This document shows positions 37,211-51,596 of a stretch of DNA of 64,000 bases, in pieces. Numbering within the stretch: the stretch's first letter is position 1; the number at the start of each line of letters is the position of its first letter. Source of the DNA: Marsupella aquatica. Taxonomy: Eukaryota; Plantae; Marchantiophyta. The stretch covers positions 17,412,752-17,476,751 of the forward strand of contig OZ316898.1 of assembly GCA_973895155.1 (NCBI GenBank), read 5' to 3'. Both the position numbers and the translations under genes were made by a program. A model generated the notes under the pieces. The model did no database searches. It saw only the letters and a list, made by a program, of their open reading frames with translations, and was not told where the DNA came from.

Positions 37211-39886
37211 GAGGAGGCAAAGGGATATGTTATTGGTTTGCATGAGCAGAGAAAAGACAAGCGAAAGCGGAAGAAAGCGAGTGTCGTGAAGGAAAAATCG
37301 GAAGAGGAATATGTTGGGCCAGATACATCTTCTTTGACAGCTTTTCTTGCATCTTTACTTTCACTATCTGAACCCACTGCTACTCACAAAGACGAGAAGG
37401 CAGCAGATGGCATTGATTCGGAAGAAGATACAAGTGTCTCTTCTTCCCAGAGCAACTCAGAACACGAATATGAGCAGGGGAAGTTGTTTCCTGCGGAGCC
37501 TGGTGGAGTTGAGAACGGTGACCGGGAAGCTCTACCTAGCACAAGTGGAGGAGACGGTTTGGATACTGATTGGCAGATTGTCTCGGAAAAGGATCTCATA
37601 AATTCCAGATATTTTGATTCCCCTAAGGTTCAAGTAATGCAGCAGCAAGATGAGCTACCACAACCAAAACCACTGAAGCTACCGGAAATGTCTGAGGTGT
37701 CTTCACTATTACCAGCTGACCTGCGGAGGGCCATCTATTCATCCCTTCCAACGTTGGCTAAGGGCCGCCAATGGGTGCTTCTTTACAGGTAGTTAACGCA
37801 TGGACAGCAACAGGTTGAGTTTAAACTGGACGACTGCCACTTGAAGATTTCAATCACAGTGTGATATACGACACGTAGTCGTTGATTAGATTTCACTGAA
37901 ATGGGGGTTGTCATGTTGGGTGCAGTACAATGAGGCATGGCATATCTCTGCGGACTCTCTACCGAAAGGCTGGTTCAATTCCAGGTCCTTGCTTGCTGGT
38001 AAGGTCTGACACCTGCACCGTATTATAAAAGTCGGTCAATACCGCATAACGATAAGTGCTCGACTTACATCTACAAGTTCTGCCATGTAGTCTTGAGTGG
38101 TGCGTTCCAAGTGGGGACAGAGACAATCTCTTACTGGTTTTGTGAATTTGTTTGAAATAAATTGTGGTCGTCCCTCTCTAAGCATGAACCTTTGGGGGGG
38201 CGATTCAGGTTGTCACAAGCAAATTCTTTCTTGTACCCTGTGAAAAGAATAGTTTATGGTAGTCGTGGCCTGAATCTCAATTTGGCTAAGCATAGTGATT
38301 GAGCTATGAACGTTTTATTACCTGTCCGCTTGCGAACAGTTGAACTCCTAATATCTACCTAATATGTCAGTGGCCAGGATTAGCCTGTTTCCAAATCTGG
38401 CCTAAAGCCCTTACTTTAAGACATTGAGTGTGATTTCTGGAACGGAAGGAAAATAAGACAGAATAAGGGTCCGAACTGTGTAGGATAAATGGGGATTTCT
38501 CTTCTGAATCATTCCCTCTTGCAGGTAGTAGGGGATAGAGTAGGCGCAGTTTTTGGTGGATTATTGTCATCACCGAAACCAACACCGAAGAAAAAATATC
38601 AGGTGATTTTCTTTGTCTAGTGTTATTTTCCCTTTTTGAATATACGTTTTTGTAGTGATTAGCACTGTAGCGTTTCGGCAGTTCCCGTTTATAGCTGCGG
38701 TCGTTGTTCTTGATGAGGCGATAATCTAAGACAGTCCTAATCTTGCCTTGCTTAAGGTTTCAGGTTGTAATTTGGAAGCACACGGGCCATTAGAATATCT
38801 GTCATTCAATCAAGTTAAAAGCAGTTTATAGAGGTTGAGCTTGGTGAGTGACGAATAGTTTGCGGTTGTCGCAGGGAACAAATGACTCGTTTGTGTTCAC
38901 GAATGTCGATGGAAGTCCTCAAGTTTTCCGCACTACAGGTGCCTTTTCCCTCCTTTTTGTCATGTTTTATCGTTTAATCTGCTTGTCCTGCTCATTCGGA
39001 AGTGGATTCCCATAAAACGCCGGAATTTTACTGTTGCACGCTGTGATATTCAGTTAAAATATTGGATAAATGATGCGAACAGGTGCCAATCGATACTATG
39101 TACTTTGCACGAATGATGCAATAGCTTTTGGTGGAGGTGGCCACTTTGCCCTACATCTTGACTCGGAATTGTAAGTCTGTCGCAACCAATCGTTTGTTTA
39201 CGTTCACATCAACCAACGCACTGTCGTTCAAGTATGCAGAAACGAAGGGACCGGCATTTGTTATGTGGCTTAAATCATCACTGAAACCAATGTTCCAGTT
39301 CCTGCAAATTTCGTGATGTAACGGGTGGCTTTATGTGTTCAGGTTGTATGGATCAAGTGCCGCATGTGAGACCTATGGAAATCTTGGTCTAGCAAACACC
39401 GAAGACTTTGTGGTAAAGAATGTAGAGGTAAAGCTACACACCTGCCTGGTCATGGTTTCTGTGGAAGCGCGAGTTAGTCGCAATCCATCCCTCTAGAACT
39501 CACATTTGTCGAAGCATTCTTCTAAGTTTCATCTCATAGTACAGATCACGCACATTCAGTGATCGATTGGAGTTACGTTTTAGGTTCGCATGTGGTGTAT
39601 TTGACATTTTTCATTGAGCCTACCAGAAGTAGTGATTTCTCCTTAAACGGCTTAGCGGTCCTTACAGAATCACGCCGAAAGGAGGTTTAAGAAATGTTCA
39701 AGTACCTGGGTAATAATTAGAAACTGTGACTTCAGACCTGTCGCCAAGAGACCCGAATGGCTAACTAATTTTGACATGATTGTCGGATGGTTCCAGGTTT
39801 GGGGTTTTGCCCATACTTCAAGATATGTGCCATTCCACGCATCGTTCAAGGAACCCGAAATCGTGCGTGGCATTTATAGCTGGTAA
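37211..39886 (+). CDS. TLDc-domain protein (oxidation resistance, OXR1/NCOA7-like); N-terminal exons unresolved
   Basis: Exons 37211-37788, 37926-37998, 38525-38602, 38875-38938, 39083-39170, 39343-39427 and 39797-39886 give GPDTSSLTAFL...WVLLYSTMRHGISLRTLYR...GAVFGG...KKYQGTNDSFVF...GANRYY...AFGGGGHFALHLDSELLYGSSAACETYGN...VEVWGF, the plant TLDc pattern. Confidence 0.92.
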
Positions 39887-41159
39887 CTTGGGAGATGGGA
39901 GTTCATTTAAGCACCAAGCTGTGCCTTTTGCAGATGTCATCTATTTGAAGAAGACTGGGCACGTTTGCCTTTCCGAGGATTGGTGACTCGGAAGGGGCGG
40001 GCAATTGTGGCACTCTTCCTCCCGAGTCAGGGTGGAGTCTGTATATACTTGACGGCTGTAGATATTCCCGGTTAGCTTCATAGCCCGGCGAAATTTTCTC
40101 AGTTTCAAAACATAAAGATATAAGGGAATTTGTAGCCTACCATCGTAACGTTAAGAGTGCAATGCCACTCTCAAAACCTGTATATTCTCTGAAAATAAAT
40201 ACGATGGCGTCCTCTGCCCCTTCTTGACATTGGGTCTACTCAAGAGTGAATTCATTCATTTGTTTTGACAATCTTGGTAGCATTTTGAATTTTGGGTTTC
40301 AAAACAGCCAATTCAACGTCCGCCATGATTGTTTTGAACAATTACAGTAGCCAGGACAGAATAGAAATGCTCCCTTTGATTACCTCCTATTGATAATGGC
40401 GAGAACAATTATGCTACGGCTGAGTAGATTCTTGGATTGGGCCACACCAGAATTTCTTTCGCACGATTCTGTTTCTGTGTCCGATTGCAACCAGGGTTAC
40501 AACAAAAGATTTTGTAGGTGCGCTGCCCCGTGCGAATTGCCTCTAAACAGCTGTATACATGTTAAGAAACACAGTTTACCATAATCTGGATAGCGATCCT
40601 CCACTTCCGCTGCTGACACGGTATCCAAAGCAAAACATGACTACTGGTCATTTCATTTTATGGTTGTAATTTCGATGTCTCCCATCCAATGCATTCTTCT
40701 GCGCTGGTCTCCTCTCCTCTAAATAAAAGGTAAGCAGCTGGTCCATCCTTCCTCCATGAAAATGTGATCTGCACATTGGTCGAAGAAAACGCGAGATGAG
40801 GATTTCACGGAATCACTTGCAACAGCAGCAGCAGAGGATTCCCATCCGAAAATTTGTGTAACATTGAGGTGAAAGTGCGATCGGAGTCTTAGGATTTCAC
40901 GGAATCAATTAGCTCGAAAGCAGCAATAGCAGAGGTTTCCCATTCCGAAAATTTGTGCAACATTGAGGTGAGAATTTCCAGTCGATATGCAGTCTCCGAT
41001 GAGGCCTCACGGGTTCATTCATGCTCCACTGCAGTAGAATGTGAACTTGACTGCGAGACACATTCCAGTAGAGTAGAATGAGGAGAGGGATGGAAGAAGT
41101 TCCTATCCCGAGGAAGAAGTTCCGAACAGGAGGACGCACAGGAGCCGCAATCTCCTAGA

Positions 41160-42200
41160 TGAAGCATCCGATTCTCAACTCACTCTAGAATATCTCACGA
41201 ATGGCGAGAATCACAACCTGAAAAGATTGGACATGAGCTACATAGACATTGGAGCTGACAAAGCGGAACGGATTGGGGAAGCAGTGGCCTCACATCAGTC
41301 TTTGGAGGTGCTGACTAAAAAACTGGACTCGGCTCTTGATGAGGAGAAGCTCTTGTCTCCAACTAGTATGTGGCCAAAGGATAGTTTCCTCACCGTAGCA
41401 TTTTTGGGGCCACAGGAACATCGGAATAGCTCTGTCGTGTCCTTGTTCATTGCAGGTTCTTGCACCGATGGAGATCTAATGAGAGTGGTGGTCCTTCCTC
41501 AGGTAATTTTTGCGACAATACCCACATATGTCAATTGTTGTTCCAGTGGCACGGCGATGACGGCACGAGCAGGGGTGAGAGGGTGGGCCGTTTAGAGGCA
41601 TTGCAGCAGAACTCTACAATTGAATCCTTGACTTTGCCTAAGTTGGTGAGGTGCGATATTCCGGATGATGAAGACAGGGATTCGTTGATGGGGAGGCGTT
41701 CACTCAGGCTGTGAAGCTTGTGCAACACAGCACGTCAATTCACAAGCTGGATCTCCAGATCAGAGAGCGCAGAGGGGGCAATACAAATGTAAACTTGGAT
41801 GCATTCTACAAAGCTTTGAGTTCTAATTTCCATCAGTATTCTTCGTTTGAGAGGGCCAATCTATACTCAGATTGCGGAGACTGAATTTTCCAATTGGTTA
41901 AGAACGAAGTCAACTCTAAGGGATTTGGAGTTGGAGAGCGATTTAAAGAAAACTCCAGTGCTGACAGTGCTCTTCCGGGCCTTGGGAGAGAACAATAGTC
42001 TGCGGAGACTTAGATTGGAGGACTTTCCAGCATCAGATGATGAGGACGTCATCGAAGGATTGTTGAATTCCACAAGAGTGAACTCAACTGTACAGGAGAT
42101 TGTTTTCGACACTGGATCTAAATGGGGAGAAGAAGTGAGAGAAGCATTGAAGAAAAACATTGAACAACAGGCCCAAAAGCAATCTGACGGCAAGGTCTAA
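41160..42200 (+). pseudogene. RNI-like leucine-rich-repeat protein remnant (TORNADO1/NLRC3-like LRRs), frameshifted
   Basis: LRR fragments in different frames: NHNLKRLDMSYIDIGADKAERIGEAVASHQSLEVL, LEALQQNSTIESLTL, LRTKSTLRDLEL, ALGENNSLRRLRL, VNSTVQEI. No splice sites were found that would rejoin them. Confidence 0.7.
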
Positions 42201-43479
42201 GGTTTTCATTCCTTTGCTTCTTGTTCGTTTTTCGTTTCTGGAGATTCGGATTGGGATCTGAAAATGAACTGAGTGAAAAGCAACAACAGCAGATCTCAAC
42301 AGCCCACAACGCCACCACCCCTGCAAACCCACCTCTCTCCATGTTGTTTTAGGGACTGCAGAGCAAAGCACTGAAGATCATAGCACTAGAGAAGGAGCTG
42401 CGTAGATGAGGACCCTAGATTTCTCTGTTTTTTAGTGCGAAATGTCAATAAGTCTGTCTATGCTAGTGCCCTTGCTTTAGGCGAGGATACTTTACTGGCA
42501 GAGGAGTGCAACTATGCTGTGGACCAATTTTTATCGGTGCTGTAAATTGAAAAGATGTGTTGATTGGAGATGAGTAGTGGAAGCGAATGGAAACATGGGC
42601 GATGTAATAACTAACTCAAAAGCAGAGGATGCGTCATATATCACCTAGCCCAAAGTAAGTGGAATGTGAACATAAGTGAGATGACTAGACAATTAAACAG
42701 TGTGGAGAGTGAGGGGTTGGGCACAAAAAGGTGCAGGGTGGCAAATTCATTGCCATCTCATGGTTAGGAAAAATTTTAATCAGAATCCAATGGCTACGGA
42801 GGCTTCCATTAGAACAACAGTTTCGCAAAGCATGTAAACATTTCTAGAGGCCCTTGCTATTCTCATGATCTGTTGCCCGGAAGTAACCTCTTTCCGGACA
42901 ATTGAACATACTGTAAATGCATGTTTGGGTAAGGGTTCTAGTCTAAACCCTGCTCTGAGAAAGTTCAGAAAATCTTCCCGGCTGTCACCGATCAGTGTTC
43001 TTCACTTTCTGGTCAGAGGGTTTCAGGCTAGTAACCCCAGAGGAGACTTGCATTATCCTATACATAAACCAACCATGAGAAAGAAAGATACCAACAGATG
43101 CATGCTACAGAAACACGTTTTAGCATGTTCTCATCTGCTTAGTGGAAACATGGGGCTTACTTGAAACGGGCAATATGGTAACTTGGTCAAAAGCAAAGGA
43201 TGTGTTATATCTATCAGCATGCAAAAGGGACGCATGCTACAGAAGATACATTCAAGGCTCTTCAAATCCATACCCTGGTCAATGCATGCTACACTGTACA
43301 GAAGATAGAGCTTTAAAAAGTTTGACATGAGGAACACTGTCTGGACTGTACCTGTTCTTCAATGCATGCTATAGAACTGTAGATAAAGATTTGAGTATTT
43401 AACATAGAGAACATGTACCCACCTGGATTGATATCTATAGAAGATAGAGCTTTCAGCATTTAACATGGAGCACATTGAC

Positions 43480-43945
43480 CAACCTCCATTGGTATCACTG
43501 CAGGAGAAAGAAGCTTTTGAACATTTAACATGTATTAAACTTACCTACCTCCATTGGTATCACTGGTCAAAAGCAATGCCCTTCAAGATTGTGTAGATAC
43601 TTAAATGTACATCTTTGCTGCATCTACAGTAGTGTCATAAAGGGTTGTTTTGTTGAAGTTAGTTGGGAGATTACAGTGAACTCTACCTCCATTGGTATCA
43701 CTGGTCAAAAGCAACGCTCATGATTGTGTATATACTTAAATTTTTATCTTGCTGCATCTACAGTTCTGTCATAAAAGGTTGTTTTGTCGAAGGTAGTTGG
43801 GAGATTATAGTGAACTCTACCTCCATTGGGATCACTCTGGTCAAAAGCAATGCCATTCATGGTTGTGTAAATACTTAAATTTACATATTGCTGCATCTAC
43901 ATATGTGAGTGAAGGGTTGTTTTGTTGAAGGTAGTTGGGAGATTT
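43480..43945. repeat. Tandem repeat, ~3.5 x ~135 bp
   Basis: acctccattgg(t/g)atcact..ggtcaaaagcaa...gg ttgttttgt.gaag.tagttgggagatt starting at ~43546, ~43684 and ~43819. Confidence 0.88.
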
Positions 43946-46900
43946 CATGGTAAATGCACACAGTAGAAGTGCAAACATTGGTTTGTGGCAAGGCATGTCT
44001 TTCTTCCGCTTTTTTTTCCAACCAATGTGCACTTTTTCTAAGTACATTGAGGTTGCACGAAAGAACAAATTTATAATGAAAGCCCTCTACAAGATAATTG
44101 TTTGTGATTTTTCGTGCTTATAGGTTGCACTGATGGAGTTTTGAAAAGAGTTTTTAGATTTACAAAGGACCTAAACCCTAGACTTATCATGAGTGCTGAA
44201 TTCTTAAAATTTGCACTTATCTCATAGTGCAAATAAATTATAAGTGCAACTCTATGGGGTCTTCCAGGGAGTGTGCAATTATCGAGTTCACTGCATAGCA
44301 GGGTTGGGGTCCAGGATCTAGTCATGGTTTCATTGCAGTGGAACGTAGTGCTATCCCAAAATATTAATTATTTTTAATTTCAAAAAATAAACAAGGCCAA
44401 ATATATATTCTCTTGTTTTAGTTTTTAATTCTTTAAATAACGTGTATACTCACAAGTCAATGTTTATATCAAATGTATAGGATATTCTTCAAATTTCTAT
44501 TACAAATTCTTGTGACACTCTAATTAATAAGTAAATGTTTTATTAGCTGAACTAAGAAGGCACTATGATTGCTCCACTTTGACCAGTAGAGATTTCTGGT
44601 GGTCTTAAATAGTATACTTGATATTACGTGATATTTTACCTGATATCATATTAGAGCAGAGCTCCTGGGCGCAGACGTACGAAATTTGCAGGGAGACAAA
44701 GCCTGGAGGAGGCAGGGCTGGATATTTTATTGGGTCATTTGGTGGTACTATGGTGTACTAATCTGATCCACACTGGTATTTAAATACTAACCGTACTGGT
44801 TTCACTCATTAACTAGTCTTGGAAATTTTAGAATATAGTAACAAAATTTAAGTTCCCGCGTGTGAAACCGTGCAACAATTCCAACTCATGTGGTCTGCAA
44901 CCTTTCTTACCAGTGACAAAATGTTATTTCATGATTGTTTATGCTGTCATGGCCCTGGCAGCTTTTGACGAGTAGAGAAACTATTTGAGTCTAGACAAAT
45001 GTCTTAAAAGTTGCTTATCCACATTGGTTCATCCAAGTCGTGATCTATGCTGTCTTTTTGTGTTTGCAGTGCATATTCATGAGCTTTGCTAAATCTAGAA
45101 ACATGTTGGTCCAGGGTGACCTCTGAGCAAGCCAGTGATAAACCTACTCTCAACATTAAAACATGCTCGGCAACTCTCTTTATAGTTTTGACTGAAACAC
45201 TCTGTAATCCGACTCCCGGCTGAAATGAAGTCTCATAAGCGGTCGTAAGTTGATGCTTATGCACAAACTAATCAGGGTGGTCTTCATAGAGTGAATCATC
45301 CTTCCTTAAAGTGATGAGTAGATTCTCATGCCTAAACCGCAGGGCGTACTTCACAATGTGTGAAACATCTCACCCCAAAGTGGTGAGTCATTGCACATGC
45401 CCAAACTACTCAGGGCGTTCTATCCTTTTCACAAAAATAAATTGTCCTTCCTAAAAGTTGTAATTAGCCATTGATACCCAAAGTATCAGGGCATTCTTCA
45501 TAATAGTGAAGTGTCATTCCCAAAAGTGGTAAGTTGCAGCTCTTGCCTAAACTGCTCAGGACATCATTCACTAAAATGAAATGATAGTTGGCAGTTGATT
45601 TATAATATTTTACCATATTTGCACTCAATGGAGCAATCATCACAGAAAAGTCTTAAACTTTCTCAAGACAATAATAGATTGGAGTCATCAGAGAACATGC
45701 TGGAAAATTTGAGCTTCCACAAGGGTACAACAGCTGTCCAAACAAATGCACAAGCCTGTCGGCAGAAAACCAACATTTTACACTTGATAGGGGCACCTAG
45801 GAAAACTAACTCTGGGAGTCCTTTTAACAAATGAAACATTGTTCCCAAAGCAACTGGTCAGTGTGAATTTCGGGTGTAAAGTGAGGTAGCTCGTTGTGCA
45901 ATCCATGGGGATGGGCAAACAAACCCCTTGTTGTCAAGAAACTAATCCCAATTGGGACCAGGTCTTGCGTTGAGACCCATGTTGGTGGAGAATGGTCCAT
46001 CTTGGCTTAAGATTCAGTCAAGAAATGAGCAAATAATATTCTCTTGTCAAACTTTCCTACTGCCCGCAAGCCCAAGAGTGTAACTTCAGCCATGTACTGT
46101 CAGTGCCATAATACTCTTGATACCATAGTCCCACTTGTTTATGAAAACTGAAAAATCAAATTGTTTGTACGAAGCCAAGGGTTGAGATCACAATTTTTTT
46201 TAACTAAATTCCAGGTTCCTCATAAATTTGAAACAATTGCACAGATTAGGTTACTTAGGATACCATTTGAGATACCAAGTAGAATTAGTTGATACCAATG
46301 GTCAATGGCGGGGTTCTAATTTGTTCTGGTGAAAGTTGATGGTGAACCTTGCTTAGCTTCCTAAACCTTCCTGGACACCGTGGCCCTATAAGAAGCCTCT
46401 AACACGGGTTTTGGTTTGGGCAAGATAGGGGATTCAGAGAGGGCTAAGGTTCAATGGGTTAGGGACCTTCAGGGTACTTCATTTGAGAACCCCCAAAACC
46501 AACACGATTTCAATAACCGCCTCACATTCAAATGTTGTGACTGCACCAAAAGTGTGCATTGTAATTCTCAAACTCTGGTACAACTAAGTTAATCATTCTA
46601 CCATCTAGAAACAGGTCAATGACTACAGTTTTTTTTAATGTTGTGGCTTTAACTTGAGACATTGGAATGCTTCAGTTTTTGGACAAACAATTCCAACTCA
46701 TACAAAGTTTGAAAATAGTTTTGGTGTCACAAGTGGTATATGGGTATTTTCCATGGGACACAATGTCTGACCAAAGTTGTCATGGTGTTTTATCTGCACA
46801 TGCAAGATTCTTCTCTTGAGTGGTGCAATCAACTCAATAACAGGAATTAGTCTTGTCAAGGCACCACAAGTGTAAAGACAACACTTCCCACAATTTCTGC

Positions 46901-48190
46901 CCTTATCACCCAAATGCATGGAGTTTGGTGCCCAAGCTGGTGAAGGGAAGGAATTGCAAATTAAAGCAAATCACCCTTCTCCTCATGAACCTTTCCATCC
47001 TTTCATTTCAGAGGTTGATGATATCAACATTGACTACAAATAAATGGACTTGAACAGAATGAAGAGCACAAAAAACCCATTCAAGTTTATCCAAATCTAC
47101 AATTAATGTTCACCACCAAGGTCTTGGCGATCAGATAGTGGTACTATGTAATTAGTGTGGGTAATTAGGTAAACACCCACAAGTGACATGGTTAAAGGGT
47201 TTACACTAGTCACATTATATGTACAACCTGTGTAAACTAGTTGTTCTCTCCAAAATAGTCTTAGTAACATTTAATTTCATCTCATTTCATTTACACAGAA
47301 ATTAGAGTGGGTAGAACTGGATCATGTGAACCCCTGATTTTGACTTGATTTGGGTGTTACCAAGAGTATTTGTGGAGAACACTGTAGTGGATTTGTCATT
47401 TCATTGCTTTCCTAGTCAGCCTTGCAACTCAATTGATTTACAAAGAAAACTGCTTTATAGATGCTTGGTTGGATCACAACATTTGACCCCAACAATGTCA
47501 TCATTCAAAACAAAGAAGAGACTACTTGAGTTAAGAAAATCCTCAGAAAGGGGTCCATTCGGGCCATAGTGGACAAATCCAACTTCTTTCAAACATCATG
47601 GTAATCTTTTTCATGATTCGTTTCACTCTACTGAAATGTATTGTTTAGTAGATTAAAGTATAAAAAACTAACACCTCACGGAACCCAAAACGGTAATTAG
47701 TTACTCAGAGAATTATGGCAAGAGACAGAATCATTGCATGTAATCCAAATTTGATTCCAGATATCTTTGACCACTGAAAGGAGGTGAATGTAATGACGTA
47801 CTAGAGTACGGTAATGACAGTAAAACGACTTATCATTTGGTCATTGCATGTAATTATCACTAGTTCTGTGTTTCTGCCTAATTACGTACGGTAAGACATT
47901 GGTTTTTTAATTAATAAACCAATCCAATTTCACAGAGAATATTTCTGGGGTAAGTACAGTGTACCTAAAAGTGACCTAGGGTGCCGTGTCAAGCCCTTCA
48001 TAATTATCTATCTACTGACATTTAAGAAAACAAATATTAAAAAATGCGTGTTAAGATTGACCTGTGCTAGCGAATATTAGCGAAGTACACACCTCCTAAA
48101 AAGTCTTCATTGCTTTTGGCGAAACTTGGTTGATTTTTCTGTCGTTCATTAGGAAGTGCACACCTAACCAGAACCCACTAGCGAGATTGT

Positions 48191-50931
48191 AAGAGAAATA
48201 TACTTAGTGAATCTCCAAAACTCAATTTTGTTTTTAATGGACCAAAAGTTTCGCTTTCCCATTGGTCTAGATTCACTCCCAATGGACCTTCAGGCCCACT
48301 CCGTACAAGTATGTTGTTCTGAAACATCTCACCACACAGTTCAGGTCCAATGTGTACCCTATGGACACCATGGTTGGTCATGTGTAGTAGGCCATCGCAG
48401 TGCACAAGTGACGTAGCCCTAGCCACAATCGAGCACTCTATCGTCGTAGCACCATGGCTTCCTAGTTTTTTTTAATACAATATGGCTATTATATTCAAAA
48501 TTACAATTGAACAAGTTTGTGGCGACTAGAGCACGCAAGCACCTTCATGCCCCGGCCTCGAAGTATTTCAGAATACATTGTCACTTTAGTGTTCAACATA
48601 CAAAGGAAATAGTTTACAACTGCATTGGAGCTTGCAAGCGCTGTACCTCCCCCAACCTCCTTGCTTTTATGAAGACATTGTCTGTAATGTATACAACTTT
48701 TAAAGGAATTTTCAAAATTCAAATGTGCCCGCCCTTTATGGACCCCATTTGGAACCTGTTGTTTTATTGCATTTGGTTTGTTTCTCTACATTTTCTTGCA
48801 TTTTCTCGTGTCACTGGTTCTTGCTCCTATTCCCGTTCATGTTCTTGCTCGTGTTCCTGCTATGTCGACCCTTGAGGATGTGCAAATTGCAATGAGGAGG
48901 CCCAGACAACATCATTGGGCCAATCCCGGTATATGTTTGTAATTAATCTTGCCTCTGATTACCCGTGGCCGAGAAAGTTCACTTACAAAGGTTGTAGGCA
49001 TGGGATTGGCGGTGGTTTGGTTTGTTGGAAGTCCATTGAAGCAACGGAGCAATGCAACCACGACCCACTGCTAGACGGGAACAATTGTCATTTGTATAGG
49101 TTCCAAAATTTCATGGTTGATGTGTATGAGAACACTGGGCCATTCAAGGCCACAACCTTTCAAGCTGCATGAAAGCTTGTGGAGATGAATGCTGACAAAT
49201 TTGTAGAGTATGGTACCATTCGCTAGCTTGAGACAATGCACAAGAAAATTGCTCAGGTCGATCCCATATTGTCTAGTGTGGATTAAAGCAAGACATCACT
49301 TTGCTGAACATGTAAATAAGCTTGTTGTTGAGCGTAGACATTGCTCTCCTAGTCGTGCCCGTGTGCAAACAAGAGTTGAGAAAGTGATCAGAAAAAGCAA
49401 TCTTGTGGATGTTGATGTCCTTATGCAGCAGCTGGAGGTGACCGCAACAATGACTCAAAGTTTTGTTTGTCCACCATCAAATCTGCTCTACAACGTTGTT
49501 TATGTATTCACCTAAACTCTTTTTTATGTAACACATTGCAACATTCTTTTGTATGTGGAGAATATTTAGAACACAGAATTCTACATGGTTATGTATTCTT
49601 TAAACTCTCTTTCATGTAACACGTCTTAACATTTGTTTCTTTCATGAGAATACATGTTGGAAGACAACATGGTTCACAACTTGGGGAAAGTTATAGCCCT
49701 GTTTAGTCACCACTGTGTTATTGATAATAAATATGAACTGATCAATATGCCTGTCCACCTGTATTGTTGTTGGATTTAGTAAATAATATCCAATGTTGCT
49801 TGATTTCTTGCTCTCTTTGAAGACTATACACTTGCATGATTTGTTCCAAAAATGAACAGAGTAGACAAGAATGCACAAACCATGATTGAATGGTATACAT
49901 GCCGCACAATGTGTTCATTACTCACAATGAAAAAATTGTATCCATGACTCTGTAGCCTAGAAATGGACAAAACCATTTTTACCTTGTATACATGGTGGAC
50001 ATTGTATTCCAAGGTTGCACTTAGACAAAGTTATGACTCCCCTATCTTACATACAGGCACCAAGGCCTGCTCTAATGGACAAAACCAAATAATGTTGAAC
50101 ATAGAATGATGTATAGCTTGTATACAATATGCACATTATATTCACTCAAATTTCCACTTAGAAAAACTTCATTTCCTCCAACTTGTTAGGTATTTACTCA
50201 AGGTCTAGGGTTACGACATGTAACCATAGTTAGGCTAACCATAGTCAGAGACATGGTTAGGTTAACTAGGATGCACACTATATGCCAAGCGGTGTTTGCT
50301 TGGATAAGTGGAACTTAGGCTCATTATTATGGAGCCACTTGAGAGATGAGGAGAGCTTACACTGTGGAGACTTGGTATGGCCGACGGGCTTAGAGTTCAG
50401 TAAAGCTATCTTGTGTGTTCCCGTGGACGTAGCCTCGAGGAGGTGAACCACGTATCTCTTGTGTCGACTACTTGCGCGTTGGATGTGTCATCTGCTTACC
50501 GTTATGAGTGTCGTCTATGCTCAACACAACTTTACAAAGACGCCCCCGTTGAAGCCTGCCCAAATGGACAAAACCTACCGTATTCAACTTACATTGCACG
50601 TTGTATTCAGATTTCACAATTATAATTATTTTTGTTTGTTTGACATTATGGTTGTTGTTTGTATGCATTGTGATCAATGTATACATTGATTCACTTGGAA
50701 TTGTGATTATAGTCAACCGCATTTGGACTCGGTCAGATATTGAAGAAGAGTAGAACATGCTGTGTTTTATAGTGACAATCTTGCATTATAAGAACTGCAT
50801 AGTGCGTTAGAAGAACATCTCACACGAAATGGTACCTCTGGTGGGACCGGAGGTCCACTGGGAGAGAGTGTGAAACTTTTGATCCATTAAGAGAAAAAGT
50901 TGCATTTGGAGGTCCACTAAGTATATCTCTT
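48191..50931. mobile_element. Degenerate long-TIR DNA transposon (~2.7 kb)
   Basis: 48191-48306 (aagagaaatatacttagtgaatctccaaa...ttaatggaccaaaagtttc...ctcccaatggacctt) matches the reverse complement of 50832-50931. The interior has stop-ridden frames. Confidence 0.65.
50184..50526 (+). mobile_element. Solo LTR (Copia-like), 343 bp, TSD CAACT
   Basis: TGTTAGG...TCAACA termini flanked by CAACT at 50179-50183 and 50527-50531. It contains the Copia-LTR-like motif cccgtggacgtag...gaaccacgta...ttgtgtc. Confidence 0.88.
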
Positions 50932-51264
50932 CAGATTGTAACTGTTGTCGTTAAATCTAGATACTTAAATATTCAGAGATTTGGCAGTCAGGAATTAATG
51001 TAGTAAAATTATAAGAACATCTGACCATCCTCTCCTTCATAGAAGCTAACAATTGCCACACTGGCAAAAGCTAGAAAAGCTTAAGTAAAAGGACCTTGAA
51101 AATTCTGCTGATCGGTACTTCAAACTTTATCGAAGAACCGTTACTTACCTATGTTAAAAGTATGGTTTTAACATAGGTAGGTAACTATCATGTTGTCCTA
51201 AAAGTCCTATTTAGTGTCTACGATGTAGAGTGAAACCTTTAGACCACAACCCTGGGGACTAAAG

Positions 51265-51596
51265 TGTTGAAGTATGACGCCCTCCTTGATGATGATACAA
51301 TCATGACTCATACCATGCTCACATAGTCGACACAATCCATACGTGGTTCATCTCCTCTCCAAGGCTACATCCACACGAACACAACAACTTTACTTCAAGA
51401 GTCGTCAAACACACAAGCTCTCTCTCTTCCTCCAGTTGCTCCGTTACAATGAGCAAGCACCATATACCAGCGACTTACACTAGCCCTGGTATATGCAAGG
51501 TCACACACGACTAACCTAACTTTAGCTAAGTCCCTAACTGTGGTTAAGCTAATTTCCGTAACCTATGAGTCACAAGACTAAGAGCAATCCTTAACA
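51265..51596 (-). mobile_element. Solo LTR (Copia-like, related to 50184-50526), 332 bp, TSD TAAAG
   Basis: On the minus strand TGTTAAGG...TCAACA, with TAAAG at 51260-51264 and 51597-51601. It carries the reverse complement of the same gtgttc.gtgga.gtagcct...gaaccacgta...tgtgtcgact motif. Confidence 0.88.

Noticed and set aside
44900-47600. Possible degraded retrotransposon pol
   Set aside because: No RT, RNase H or integrase motifs were recovered by manual translation.
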